Under the pieces are notes generated by a model that saw only the letters and a list, made by a program, of their open reading frames with translations, did not search any database and had not been told where the DNA came from. From NCBI GenBank assembly GCA_020633995.1, contig JACKCO010000003.1, positions 73,503 through 137,502 of the forward strand: DNA of 64,000 bases, written 5' to 3'. Source of the DNA: Campylobacterota bacterium. GTDB lineage: Bacteria > Babelota > Babeliae > Babelales > RVW-14. The first letter of the stretch is position 1. The number at the start of each line of letters is the position of its first letter. Shown here piece after piece: positions 1 through 8,285 of the stretch. A program made the position numbers and the translations under genes.

Positions 1-2261
1 GCTCATTTGGCTTGGCCGCAGGTGGCAACACAGTCGTCTGCATTGATGGCAATGGTATTTATCGACGTACAGGCATAACAGCACAAAATCCTGGGGGTAC
101 AGGGTGGAGCAAAACCGCAGCAAATACATTGCGATACATCTCTGTTGGATCAAATGGTGATATCTGGGCATCAAACGTTGGTGGCATGGTCTACTATATT
201 GCAGCTGACACCCTGGATAATCCAAAGTTTGAACAGATTTCTAACCTTAAAAAGGGCAAAGTGCAAAGAGGCGTTGGTGCTCAGGTAGCAATGTACAAAT
301 TATCTGTTAGCGGACCTCAACTTACACCAAAACCTGGGCAAAGACCTATCACAATGGCAGCAGCGCAATCAAGACAACAAACGCCCGCCACTGCAGTAAG
401 CTTACAGCTGCCACCGAATCAAACAGCGGCAATACAGCTTCAAGGCCAAGATCAAACACCTGCACAGCAGCCTGACCCTGCCTCGAAACCGGCACAAACT
501 CCAACTGATGCTGATCAAGAACCAGCTCAAAAGCAAAGCCAAGATCAAACACCTGCACAGCAGCCTGACCCTACCTCGCAACCAGCACAAACTCCAACTG
601 ATGCTGATCAAGAACCAGCTCAAAAGCAAAGCCAAGACCAAACGCTTGCACAGCAGCCTGACCCTACCTCGCAACCAGCACAAACTCCAACTGATGCTGA
701 TCAAGAACCAGCTCAAAAGCAAAGCCAAGACCAAACGCTTGCACAGCAGTCTGACCCTGCCTCGCAACCAGCACAAACTCCAACTGATGCTGATCAAGAA
801 CCAGCTCAAAAGCAAAGCCAAGATCAAACGCTTGCACAGCAGTCTGACCCTGCCTCGCAACCAGCACAAACTCCAACTGATGCTGATCAAGAACCAGCTC
901 AAAAGCAAAGCCAAGATCAAACACCTGCACAGCAACCTGATCTTGCCTTGCAACCAGCACAAACTCCGGCATTGCCAATAGCCATATCAGCTCTTGATAA
1001 GGAAATTGAAAACGTCAAACAAGAAAAAGCTGATGTTGAACAGGAACTTAAAAATTTAGCCACAAAACATACTACCCTTGAAAAAAAACTCGTAGGACTA
1101 AATGCGCTCATTGCTCAACGCCGTGGCGAACTTAAAAAACTCAAAGCCGACATCACAGCTGCCGAAAAAAGATTAACTGAATTGACCGCAAAATATGAAG
1201 GTGATATTGCAGCAAAAGAGGCCGCTATTACCGAGTTACAAAGTGATGCAACAGCAACACAAGCTAAACTTGATAGTATAGCTGCACAAGCTGCACAACT
1301 AAGCAGACAAGAAGATTTATTGGCACTTGAGAAAAACCGACAAATACTTACGCAAAGACTGAACGCTATCGACTTTGCTAATGCTCAAGAGCTGGAAGCG
1401 GCTCGAACCGAATTAATGGCAAAGCTAAAAGAATTACAAGATATGAAACAAACTCAAGAGAATGCAGACGAACAACAACTCATAGCCATTAATGGCCAAC
1501 TGCAGTCCTTTGGCACGATGCTTGCCAATGTTGAGCAAGCAATCCAAACACTAGAGCAAAAACAAGATGCCTTAAAAACAGAAATAACCCCTACACAAAC
1601 AGCACAAACTGAAGCTACTCCCCAAGCAACAGAGGAAGCAACCACGCTTGTAGAAACCACACAACCAACAACCCTAACTCCCGCTCAATCAACAGCGACA
1701 GAAACAATCCCGGCAATAACTCATGCTGAAGAAAGTACAAAACAAGCAGCTCCTAACACCATGCCACAAACACAACCACAAACTGTAACTACCCAGGCTG
1801 TCGCTGCTGTTCAAGAAACCGCTACACAAAATACGACAACGACACCTGAAGCGTTTTCATTTACTGATGGAACAGGTCTTGAACTCGGCCAGGAATATGA
1901 TCCAACCGCCATTCCAACCCTTGCGGTCATGCCTGAACAATCAGATTTTATTATTGTCGAAGAATATGAAACTGATCCTGTTACCGGTCAAACCGTCGTA
2001 CGTAAACGTCTTGCCCGCAGACCTGAACGAGGCAGACAAGCGACAACAACGCCGACAGAAGCAGAACAAGTAATACCTCAGACTACCACAGGACGAGCTC
2101 GTACATCGCGTAGGCAAGCCCAACCTACCCAGGCAACAAGGGCTACACGGGGAAGACAGACAACACAACAAGCAACACGTCGTGAACCAACCCGACAACC
2201 ATCACGACGACAAACGCAGCAACCAACCCAACGACAACAAAGAAGTAGAACTAGATCTTAA
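1..2261 (+). CDS. 5-prime-truncated exported tectonin-repeat / coiled-coil protein with Arg-rich C-terminal tail
   Basis: The frame is open from the window edge, so the TTG at 12 is only an ORF-caller start. The first ~60 aa carry tectonin-type blades (GIYRRTGITAQNPGGTGWSK, NGDIWASNVGGMVYY). These are followed by 5.6 copies of a 31-aa tandem repeat, an A/E/K/L/Q heptad-rich segment (~aa 325-530) and a T/Q/P-rich spacer. The last ~85 aa are R/T/Q/S-rich (..TRGRQTTQQATRREPTRQPSRRQTQQPTQRQQRSRTRS). Confidence 0.85.
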   Translation, partial: SFGLAAGGNTVVCIDGNGIYRRTGITAQNPGGTGWSKTAANTLRYISVGSNGDIWASNVGGMVYYIAADTLDNPKFEQISNLKKGKVQRGVGAQVAMYKLSVSGPQLTPKPGQRPITMAAAQSRQQTPATAVSLQLPPNQTAAIQLQGQDQTPAQQPDPASKPAQTPTDADQEPAQKQSQDQTPAQQPDPTSQPAQTPTDADQEPAQKQSQDQTLAQQPDPTSQPAQTPTDADQEPAQKQSQDQTLAQQSDPASQPAQTPTDADQEPAQKQSQDQTLAQQSDPASQPAQTPTDADQEPAQKQSQDQTPAQQPDLALQPAQTPALPIAISALDKEIENVKQEKADVEQELKNLATKHTTLEKKLVGLNALIAQRRGELKKLKADITAAEKRLTELTAKYEGDIAAKEAAITELQSDATATQAKLDSIAAQAAQLSRQEDLLALEKNRQILTQRLNAIDFANAQELEAARTELMAKLKELQDMKQTQENADEQQLIAINGQLQSFGTMLANVEQAIQTLEQKQDALKTEITPTQTAQTEATPQATEEATTLVETTQPTTLTPAQSTATETIPAITHAEESTKQAAPNTMPQTQPQTVTTQAVAAVQETATQNTTTTPEAFSFTDGTGLELGQEYDPTAIPTLAVMPEQSDFIIVEEYETDPVTGQTVVRKRLARRPERGRQATTTPTEAEQVIPQTTTGRARTSRRQAQPTQATRATRGRQTTQQATRREPTRQPSRRQTQQPTQRQQRSRTRS
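447..968 (+). repeat. In-frame 93-bp tandem repeat, 5 full copies plus a partial one (31-aa unit QDQTPAQQPDPxSxPAQTPTDADQEPAQKQS)
   Basis: Direct reading gives units starting at 447, 540, 633, 726, 819 and 912, nearly identical at nucleotide level with a few substitutions (P/L, P/S, T/A). Stop-free ORFs in several other frames (402-962 -, 508-981 +, 664-978 -) are a side effect of the repeat. Confidence 0.95.
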
Positions 2262-2299
2262 AAGCGTAAAAAATAAAAACAGATAAAAGGGAGAAAGCA

Positions 2300-5200
2300 A
2301 TGCAAGCATTATTTCGTACCAAAAAATTCCAGGCCGTGCTCCTTGGCGCACTAGGTCTGCTTCTTTTGGGCACTGCCTACGTCAAAGGCGAAGCGCAGGT
2401 ACAACTGACCGCTGCAAGTGGTTCTGCCATAGATTTTTTGTATGATCGTTATGGCGCACGACTTGTTGTTAACGGACCCGTCAAGTACGGTGATGTTGTT
2501 CGCCTGGTCTCAGAAAACAAGAAAAGTAATACGGATGATCCATCGGTACCATTCGGCTCCAAAAAAATACGATACAATGGTCGAGACATCGCGCTTCACC
2601 ACACCGGACTCAAGTACGGACCATTTCAACCAATACCGTTGGGTCAGGTTTCTGGTAACATTGCCCAGGATATGAAAGATTTTTGGATTGTTAAGCCGCC
2701 ACACGGCAAGACGCTTGATGATGTTTCTCCCGAATCAAATAAACCATACAAGCAAACTGACGTAACCTCAGGAAGCACTATTCGTCTGACACATCTAACG
2801 ACACAAACAAACTTGCACTCAAATGCAGGTGTACAAGCACCAGATAGAGAGAACCAACAAGTTGCGACTTCCGGAAAAGATGGCATTGGCGATACTGGAG
2901 ACAACTGGGTACTTGAAATTGATGGTGGTAGTGTATGGGATAGAGCAACAAGCACCGTAAAACTCAAACATAAGAGAAGTGGTAATTACCTTTTCTTCCC
3001 AGGAACCACGTGGAACGCTGGTTACTACTCAACCCAAGACACCGGCTATCATTACATTACAGCTGCAGCTCCAGAAAGTGACATTACAAACAATTCTCAC
3101 ATCCTAAAATTTAAGATCGAAGAAGAAGATCTTGCTGGCCTCCCTGCAGAATTTAACTTGGTTGATGACGCCTCAACACCAGCCATTATCTATGGCCAAC
3201 CAATTCAAATTGCAAACTCGTATAGAAAAGAAAATGGTAAAGATATTTACCTACATAGAACGGGCATGAAATTTTCAACGTTTGATCGACGAGGTTCTTC
3301 GCCAGATGATGAACAGGTTACCGCTTCGTTTAAAGACGATGATAAAGACTTTTGGGTAATTTTACCAGCAAATGGCATGAGCCTTGACAGTACACATCCA
3401 AAGTCTGGCAAACCATATTCTCAAAGCCCTATTTATAATGACGACGTCGTTCGCATTCAACACCAGGGCAGCGGCAAATATCTCACATCACTGATTGGCA
3501 TTGAAGCACCCTTTCCCGCTGATCTTTATCAGATTATTACCACGACTGATCAAGATGACGATAAAAATAACTTTGTCATTGGCCTAACAGGCAAAACAGC
3601 CGATGATGTTTGGCGCACAGGGTTTAATGGCGTAAGCTTTAGGCACGCTCAAACCAACAATACACTTTTCTTTCCTGGTGACAAATTCAATATTTTCTTC
3701 TGGCCATGGATCAAAAATACCATACCACGCCAAACAACACTTATGCCTCACGAAGAACACTTCATTGTTGCAGGAATACGCACACCTGACCTTTCAAGAA
3801 TGATGGGTAATCCAGACCTTAAATCGATTGCACTAACCCACCTTTTCCAAGCAAAAATAGGAGAAGGCGACTTGAAGCGACTTGCAGAACTTGAGCTCAA
3901 ACGCAAAGCAGCAGAAATTCCACCGCTACAAGAATCTGTTATTGGTGTAAACGGCCACACATGGGCACTTACTGTCGATGATGCACCAGACTCACCAGGG
4001 AACAAACGTGTGTATCATAAACCTACTGACGAATGGATTGAGGTCACTGGTAGAGCTCTCAAACAAATAGCTGTAGGACCGAACGGTCAACTTTGGGGTG
4101 TCAATACTGACGACGACATCTATGCGCGCGAAGGTATTACACCTACAAGAACAATCGGCCAAAGTTGGACTAAGGTACCTGGAGCGCTTATCAACGTTAC
4201 CATCAAGGATGATGGCTCTGTAGAAGGTCTTAACAGGGATGACCTTTTCTGGGTCTCTGATTCTGGAGATTCAAAAAATCCAGAATGGCGTAACGATCCA
4301 TTTGGCTATCAACCGGATAGCTTTGTTCAAACAGTAACCGGACCTAACGGCCATGAATGGGGGCTAACCGCCAGACGTGAGGGTCCTAACTACCACGTCT
4401 ATGTTAAAAAAGATGATCGATGGATGCGTGTTAAAGATGGAGCTCTAGAGCAACTCGCAGTTGACGCAAATGGTAACATCTGGGGTAGAAACAACGAAAA
4501 CACTATCTTCTACCACGCTTTTGACATTCCAGACAGCGGACAACCAAACTGGATCAACGTAGCCGGCGCACAACTAACTCGTGTGGATATTGATAGTACA
4601 ACAGGTCAAGTTTCTGGACCTGGCGTTGATGGCGAACAATATATTTCTCAAACGGGCGATCCTAGAGATCCACAATGGATCACCGAAACGGAATTGAAAC
4701 GTCGTAAAGAAGACGCCGAACTTAAGAAGACAGAAGAGGCTGAACCTAAGACAGAAACAGAAGAGACTAAACCCAAGAAAGTAGAAGCTATCGAGAAGAA
4801 GGTGGAAGAAGTCGCACGTAAAGCCAGAGAAGCAATACTCAGCGAGGCAAAAACAGAACTTGGTACTCTTACAGCCAGCCGAGATGCTCGACAAGCAAGC
4901 GTAACAACACTTGAAGGTGATGTTAAGGCAAAAAGCTCAGAACTGAAATCCCTCGAGGCCGAAATCAAACGTGAGCAAGCACGCCTTGATGGCTTACTCA
5001 AAACAATCGAAGCTGAAGAAGACAAACTTGGTGGCGAGCTGGACAAACTCAACGAAGCACTTGCAGCAGAAAGAAAACGTCTAGGTGAACTTGAGGGCGA
5101 ACTTAAAGGTGAACAAGCAAAACTCAGCCAAGCTCAAGAGCGTACACAAAAACGAATTTCAGTAGAAAATCGAGAGTTAATTATCAATCGCCTCACAGAA

Positions 5201-6160
5201 CAAAAACTCTTAACACAAGAACAGTTTGCAACTTCACAACAAGCAATTCAAAACAAAATTGCAGAGCTAGACAAGATACAGAGCGATCAGGCAACAAGAG
5301 ACCGAACAGCACTCACTAATATCTTAAATCAACTACAGGCACTTACTCCTGCAATGGAAGGCATCCAAGAAAAAACTGAAGCCATAACTGGCAAGCAAAC
5401 GACCATAACAGAACACATGCAAGAGCTTGACAAGAAAAAGGTTGCAGCCGAGGAAGAAGCGGTTACACAGCAAGCTGAACAACCTACACCTTCAACCACG
5501 GAGCCAGCAGCACAACCAACGCCTCAAGCACCAATACAAACAAATGTCATATCAGAGCCAACAGCAACAGAAGCAACAACCCCTGACACACCGGTTCAAG
5601 CAGCTGTAGAACAAGAAGCTACAACCGAGCCAACAACAGAAGAAATAGCAGCACCCGCTGCTACAGTTCCCGCAGTCGCTGCAGCACGCACAAGACGTGG
5701 TAGAGTAACTCGCACCCCGGCCACGACAGAGACTGGCGCTGATACCACAAGCGAGCAACCGGCACAACCGACAGCAACAACACGTAGAGGGCGAACCTCA
5801 CGCAGTCCTGTTGCAGGGGCAACCAGAACACGTGCTGCCACAGCGCGCCGAGGCAGGCAAGCAGTCTCAACAGATGACCCAGCGCAAGCAGCAGTCGCTC
5901 AAAGTGATTCAGCAACCCCGACCCGCGGTAGAGCAACCCGTAGCAGAGCCACCCAAACGACCGGTACTGCTACAACACGTAGAACCCGAGCAACGGGCAG
6001 ACAAGCGGTAGCTCAACCAGCTGGCGCAGCAACAACTCGTCAAGCAGCCCGTAGCCGAGGCGGCGCTCGTAGACAAACAGCTGACCAACAACCAACCAGA
6101 AGACAAGCACGCACTCGTCAAGCCACAGAACAAACAACACGAAGAAGCAGAACCAGATAA
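2300..6160 (+). CDS. Exported MIR-like / tectonin-repeat / coiled-coil protein with long Arg-rich tail (1286 aa)
   Basis: The ATG follows an AAAGGGAGA RBS. The signal peptide is KKFQAVLLGALGLLLLGTAYVKG. There are two beta-trefoil MIR-like triplets (YGDVVRLVS / STIRLTHLTTQTNLHSN / VKLKHKRSGNYLFFPG and YGQPIQIAN / VVRIQHQGSGKYLTS / VSFRHAQTNNTLFFPG). Tectonin blades span ~3940-4680 (GQLWGVNTDDDIYAREGITP..GQSWTKVPG). A heptad coiled coil spans ~4680-5460, followed by a T/P/A/E spacer and a ~155-aa R/T/A tail from ~5686 with recurrent TRRGR/TRGRATR. Confidence 0.9.
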   Translation: MQALFRTKKFQAVLLGALGLLLLGTAYVKGEAQVQLTAASGSAIDFLYDRYGARLVVNGPVKYGDVVRLVSENKKSNTDDPSVPFGSKKIRYNGRDIALHHTGLKYGPFQPIPLGQVSGNIAQDMKDFWIVKPPHGKTLDDVSPESNKPYKQTDVTSGSTIRLTHLTTQTNLHSNAGVQAPDRENQQVATSGKDGIGDTGDNWVLEIDGGSVWDRATSTVKLKHKRSGNYLFFPGTTWNAGYYSTQDTGYHYITAAAPESDITNNSHILKFKIEEEDLAGLPAEFNLVDDASTPAIIYGQPIQIANSYRKENGKDIYLHRTGMKFSTFDRRGSSPDDEQVTASFKDDDKDFWVILPANGMSLDSTHPKSGKPYSQSPIYNDDVVRIQHQGSGKYLTSLIGIEAPFPADLYQIITTTDQDDDKNNFVIGLTGKTADDVWRTGFNGVSFRHAQTNNTLFFPGDKFNIFFWPWIKNTIPRQTTLMPHEEHFIVAGIRTPDLSRMMGNPDLKSIALTHLFQAKIGEGDLKRLAELELKRKAAEIPPLQESVIGVNGHTWALTVDDAPDSPGNKRVYHKPTDEWIEVTGRALKQIAVGPNGQLWGVNTDDDIYAREGITPTRTIGQSWTKVPGALINVTIKDDGSVEGLNRDDLFWVSDSGDSKNPEWRNDPFGYQPDSFVQTVTGPNGHEWGLTARREGPNYHVYVKKDDRWMRVKDGALEQLAVDANGNIWGRNNENTIFYHAFDIPDSGQPNWINVAGAQLTRVDIDSTTGQVSGPGVDGEQYISQTGDPRDPQWITETELKRRKEDAELKKTEEAEPKTETEETKPKKVEAIEKKVEEVARKAREAILSEAKTELGTLTASRDARQASVTTLEGDVKAKSSELKSLEAEIKREQARLDGLLKTIEAEEDKLGGELDKLNEALAAERKRLGELEGELKGEQAKLSQAQERTQKRISVENRELIINRLTEQKLLTQEQFATSQQAIQNKIAELDKIQSDQATRDRTALTNILNQLQALTPAMEGIQEKTEAITGKQTTITEHMQELDKKKVAAEEEAVTQQAEQPTPSTTEPAAQPTPQAPIQTNVISEPTATEATTPDTPVQAAVEQEATTEPTTEEIAAPAATVPAVAAARTRRGRVTRTPATTETGADTTSEQPAQPTATTRRGRTSRSPVAGATRTRAATARRGRQAVSTDDPAQAAVAQSDSATPTRGRATRSRATQTTGTATTRRTRATGRQAVAQPAGAATTRQAARSRGGARRQTADQQPTRRQARTRQATEQTTRRSRTR

Positions 6161-6179
6161 CATAAAGAAGTAAAAAAAA

Positions 6180-6206
6180 GGTGGGTAGAATTTAATTCTA
6201 CCCACC
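6180..6206 (+). terminator. Strong intergenic hairpin (11-bp perfect stem ggtgggtagaa / ttctacccacc), possible terminator or attenuator
   Basis: Stem 6180-6190 pairs with 6196-6206 around a 5-nt loop, 20 nt after the stop at 6160. It is flanked by A-runs rather than a downstream T-tract, so it is not a textbook intrinsic terminator. Confidence 0.45.
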
Positions 6207-6225
6207 TAAATAAAAAAGGGGAACC

Positions 6226-6987
6226 ATGTTGCACTTTATAGCGCCCTCCAAACAAGCTCCACGCTCTCTAAAGATCGGGCCTCTTATTCTCGTAATCTTT
6301 TCTCTGCTTGTACTGCAAACTTCAAAAGCGGCCATCGCTGACGATATTAGTGCGCTACAAAAGCAACTTACGCAACTAAAACAAGACTACGAGAGTGCAA
6401 TGATGTCTCTACAAGGCCTAGTTGACAATCGGGTTGCACAACAAATTCCAAATTTCACTCAGCCATTTGAAGCACAACTTGTACAACTTAACGCAGAGCT
6501 TGACGCTCTCATTCCTACCTTAGCAGAGCAAGTAACACCCGCTATCAAACAAAAAGTACAAGATATTATTAGCGATGAAATTAACACCCATATCCAAAAC
6601 AGTGTCGATCAGTCGGTAAATAGTGCATTTTTAAACGAATTCCAAGGAACTATTGATACCGAAGTGCTAGGACAAGTTAGGCAAATTGTGCAAGAACGCA
6701 TAGAGCCAATATTGCAGGACGTCCAAGCTATACAGGCAACACTTACACCTGAGTCAGCATCCACAGTTGATATCACAACTCCTCAGCGTGCACAGCAGGC
6801 TCGTGGTCGCGGTCGTGCTCCTCGTGCAACGCGCACGTCTGGACGCGTAAGAACGGCTCCACAAGGTCGTGAGGACAGAACGACGTCCCGCGCTAGAGCA
6901 CAAGTCCAACCTACACGCTCGACAACTCGCAGCACTGAACGACAAACAACATCTACAGACCGTACTCGTCGCAGTCGGGGATCTTAA
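6226..6987 (+). CDS. Small exported coiled-coil protein with Arg-rich tail ('headless' stalk-tail protein, 253 aa)
   Basis: The RBS is AAGGGGA. There is an N-terminal hydrophobic signal/anchor (LKIGPLILVIFSLLVLQTSKA). The Q/L/E-rich helical region is homologous to the C-terminal stalk of the 3805-aa protein (QDIISDEINT vs EQIISDELNT). The last ~65 aa are R/T/S-rich (RGRGRAPRATRTSGRVRT...RTRRSRGS). Confidence 0.85.
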   Translation: MLHFIAPSKQAPRSLKIGPLILVIFSLLVLQTSKAAIADDISALQKQLTQLKQDYESAMMSLQGLVDNRVAQQIPNFTQPFEAQLVQLNAELDALIPTLAEQVTPAIKQKVQDIISDEINTHIQNSVDQSVNSAFLNEFQGTIDTEVLGQVRQIVQERIEPILQDVQAIQATLTPESASTVDITTPQRAQQARGRGRAPRATRTSGRVRTAPQGREDRTTSRARAQVQPTRSTTRSTERQTTSTDRTRRSRGS

Positions 6988-7127
6988 ATATAGTGGAGGT
7001 AGTACAATTAAATTATTTCTTATTTGAAAATATTGACTTATAGGGAACTGTCTGTGATAAAGTGATATTAGAGCCTTTATAATTGATACAATATACGTAA
7101 AAAAACCGTATACTTAGGGGGAACAGA

Positions 7128-8201
7128 ATGAACGCCTACAAACTCATTCAAGTAAAATTGGCAAAAAGTTTATTATTTTTTGCCCTGCTTATTGCAGGAT
7201 CATCACAACTTGCCTTCGCCGCAGAGGCAGAAGAAACAGTTGCAGTCACGCCTGAACAAGTAGTTACAGAACAGCTTGCAAAGCAGAATTTGGCAACAGG
7301 AGCAGACGTTGATGGACTTATGAATAATGTACTTGCCAATTTAAAAGAAGCTGGGCAAGCACCAGAGGTTCAGTCAGATCAATTGAAAGCTGTCTTTGAT
7401 CAACTTAACTCCTTCAATAGCGCAGTCGGAAACATCGCCCAAGCAATAAAACAAATAGATGAATCACAAAAAGCAATCGAACAACAGGTTAACACCATTC
7501 GGCAACAACAAGAAGAAAAAAAAGGTGGCCGTATGGAAAGGTTTGCACAGCGTATGACCGAGCAAGCAGAACCAGGTGTTACTGAGACGGCAACCGGGCA
7601 AACCCCGACCGAGCCAACAACCGCAACTCAAGTAGCGCAGGTAGCGCAAGCTCAACGAGGTCGCGCATCACGCCGTGCAGGCGGAGTCGCACGAGGCAGA
7701 CGAGGTGAACCTACACCTGCAATCGTCCAGGCAGATCAAGCAGCCGATCAAACGGCGGGTCAAGCAGCTGCAGCTCCAGTAGCGACAAGAGGCCGTGCTC
7801 GAGTTACACGCGGTGCCACAACAAGACAAGCAGCGGCCGGCACACCAACACGCCGCGGAGCTAGAGGCACTCCAGCCGCTAGTCCAGCACAACCTGCAAC
7901 AACCCAGGAAGCAGCAGCTCCAGCTACCCCGACACGAGGCAGAGCAACACGCGCAGCAGGCGCAGCTCCAACAGCCAGTCGTGCAACACGTGGGCGAGCT
8001 ACACGGGCCGCTGGTGCAGTCTCACCTACTCGAGGCCAAGCAGCAGGCAGACAAGCAGCAGCTGATGCAACACGAGCCACACGCGGACGTCAAGCTCAAG
8101 CAAGTGGCGTACCACGTACCCGTCAAGCCGGACAAACTCGTCGCCAGGCAGCAGCTGGCGGTGGTGGAGCTCGTCAAACAAGAGCAACAGCACGTGGATA
8201 A
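7128..8201 (+). CDS. Exported coiled-coil protein with ~180-aa Arg/Ala/Thr/Gly tail (357 aa)
   Basis: The RBS context is CTTAGGGGGA. The signal peptide is LLFFALLIAGSSQLAFA. A short helical Q/E-rich region is followed, from ~7654, by a low-complexity tail with repeated TRGRATRAAG / TRGRARVTRG / TRRGARG units running to the stop. Confidence 0.85.
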   Translation: MNAYKLIQVKLAKSLLFFALLIAGSSQLAFAAEAEETVAVTPEQVVTEQLAKQNLATGADVDGLMNNVLANLKEAGQAPEVQSDQLKAVFDQLNSFNSAVGNIAQAIKQIDESQKAIEQQVNTIRQQQEEKKGGRMERFAQRMTEQAEPGVTETATGQTPTEPTTATQVAQVAQAQRGRASRRAGGVARGRRGEPTPAIVQADQAADQTAGQAAAAPVATRGRARVTRGATTRQAAAGTPTRRGARGTPAASPAQPATTQEAAAPATPTRGRATRAAGAAPTASRATRGRATRAAGAVSPTRGQAAGRQAAADATRATRGRQAQASGVPRTRQAGQTRRQAAAGGGGARQTRATARG

Positions 8202-8285
8202 ATTTTTTTTAGATTAAAAAAGTTAAATAACTCATTTAAAAAAATAGATTTTAATTTAGTTACTACCTGAGGGGGGGAGTAAAAA

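Noticed and set aside
402-981. Several overlapping ORFs on both strands (402-962 -, 508-981 +, 664-978 -, 349-558 -) inside the first gene
   Set aside because: They exist only because the 93-bp tandem repeat is stop-free in several frames. Their 'proteins' are periodic translations of the same repeat. They lack an RBS and lie fully inside a well-supported long ORF.
5596-6205. Antisense or off-frame ORFs across the Arg-rich tail regions (for example 5596-5841 -, 5909-6205 -, 7760-8080 -, 7795-8217 +, 41907-42215 -, 43783-44079 -, 44890-45189 -, 39998-40489 -)
   Set aside because: Low-complexity CGN/ACN/AGA codon runs are poor in stop codons in other frames. The predicted products are R/V/A/L low-complexity mirror images, have no starts with an RBS, and each is nested in a long, well-supported gene.
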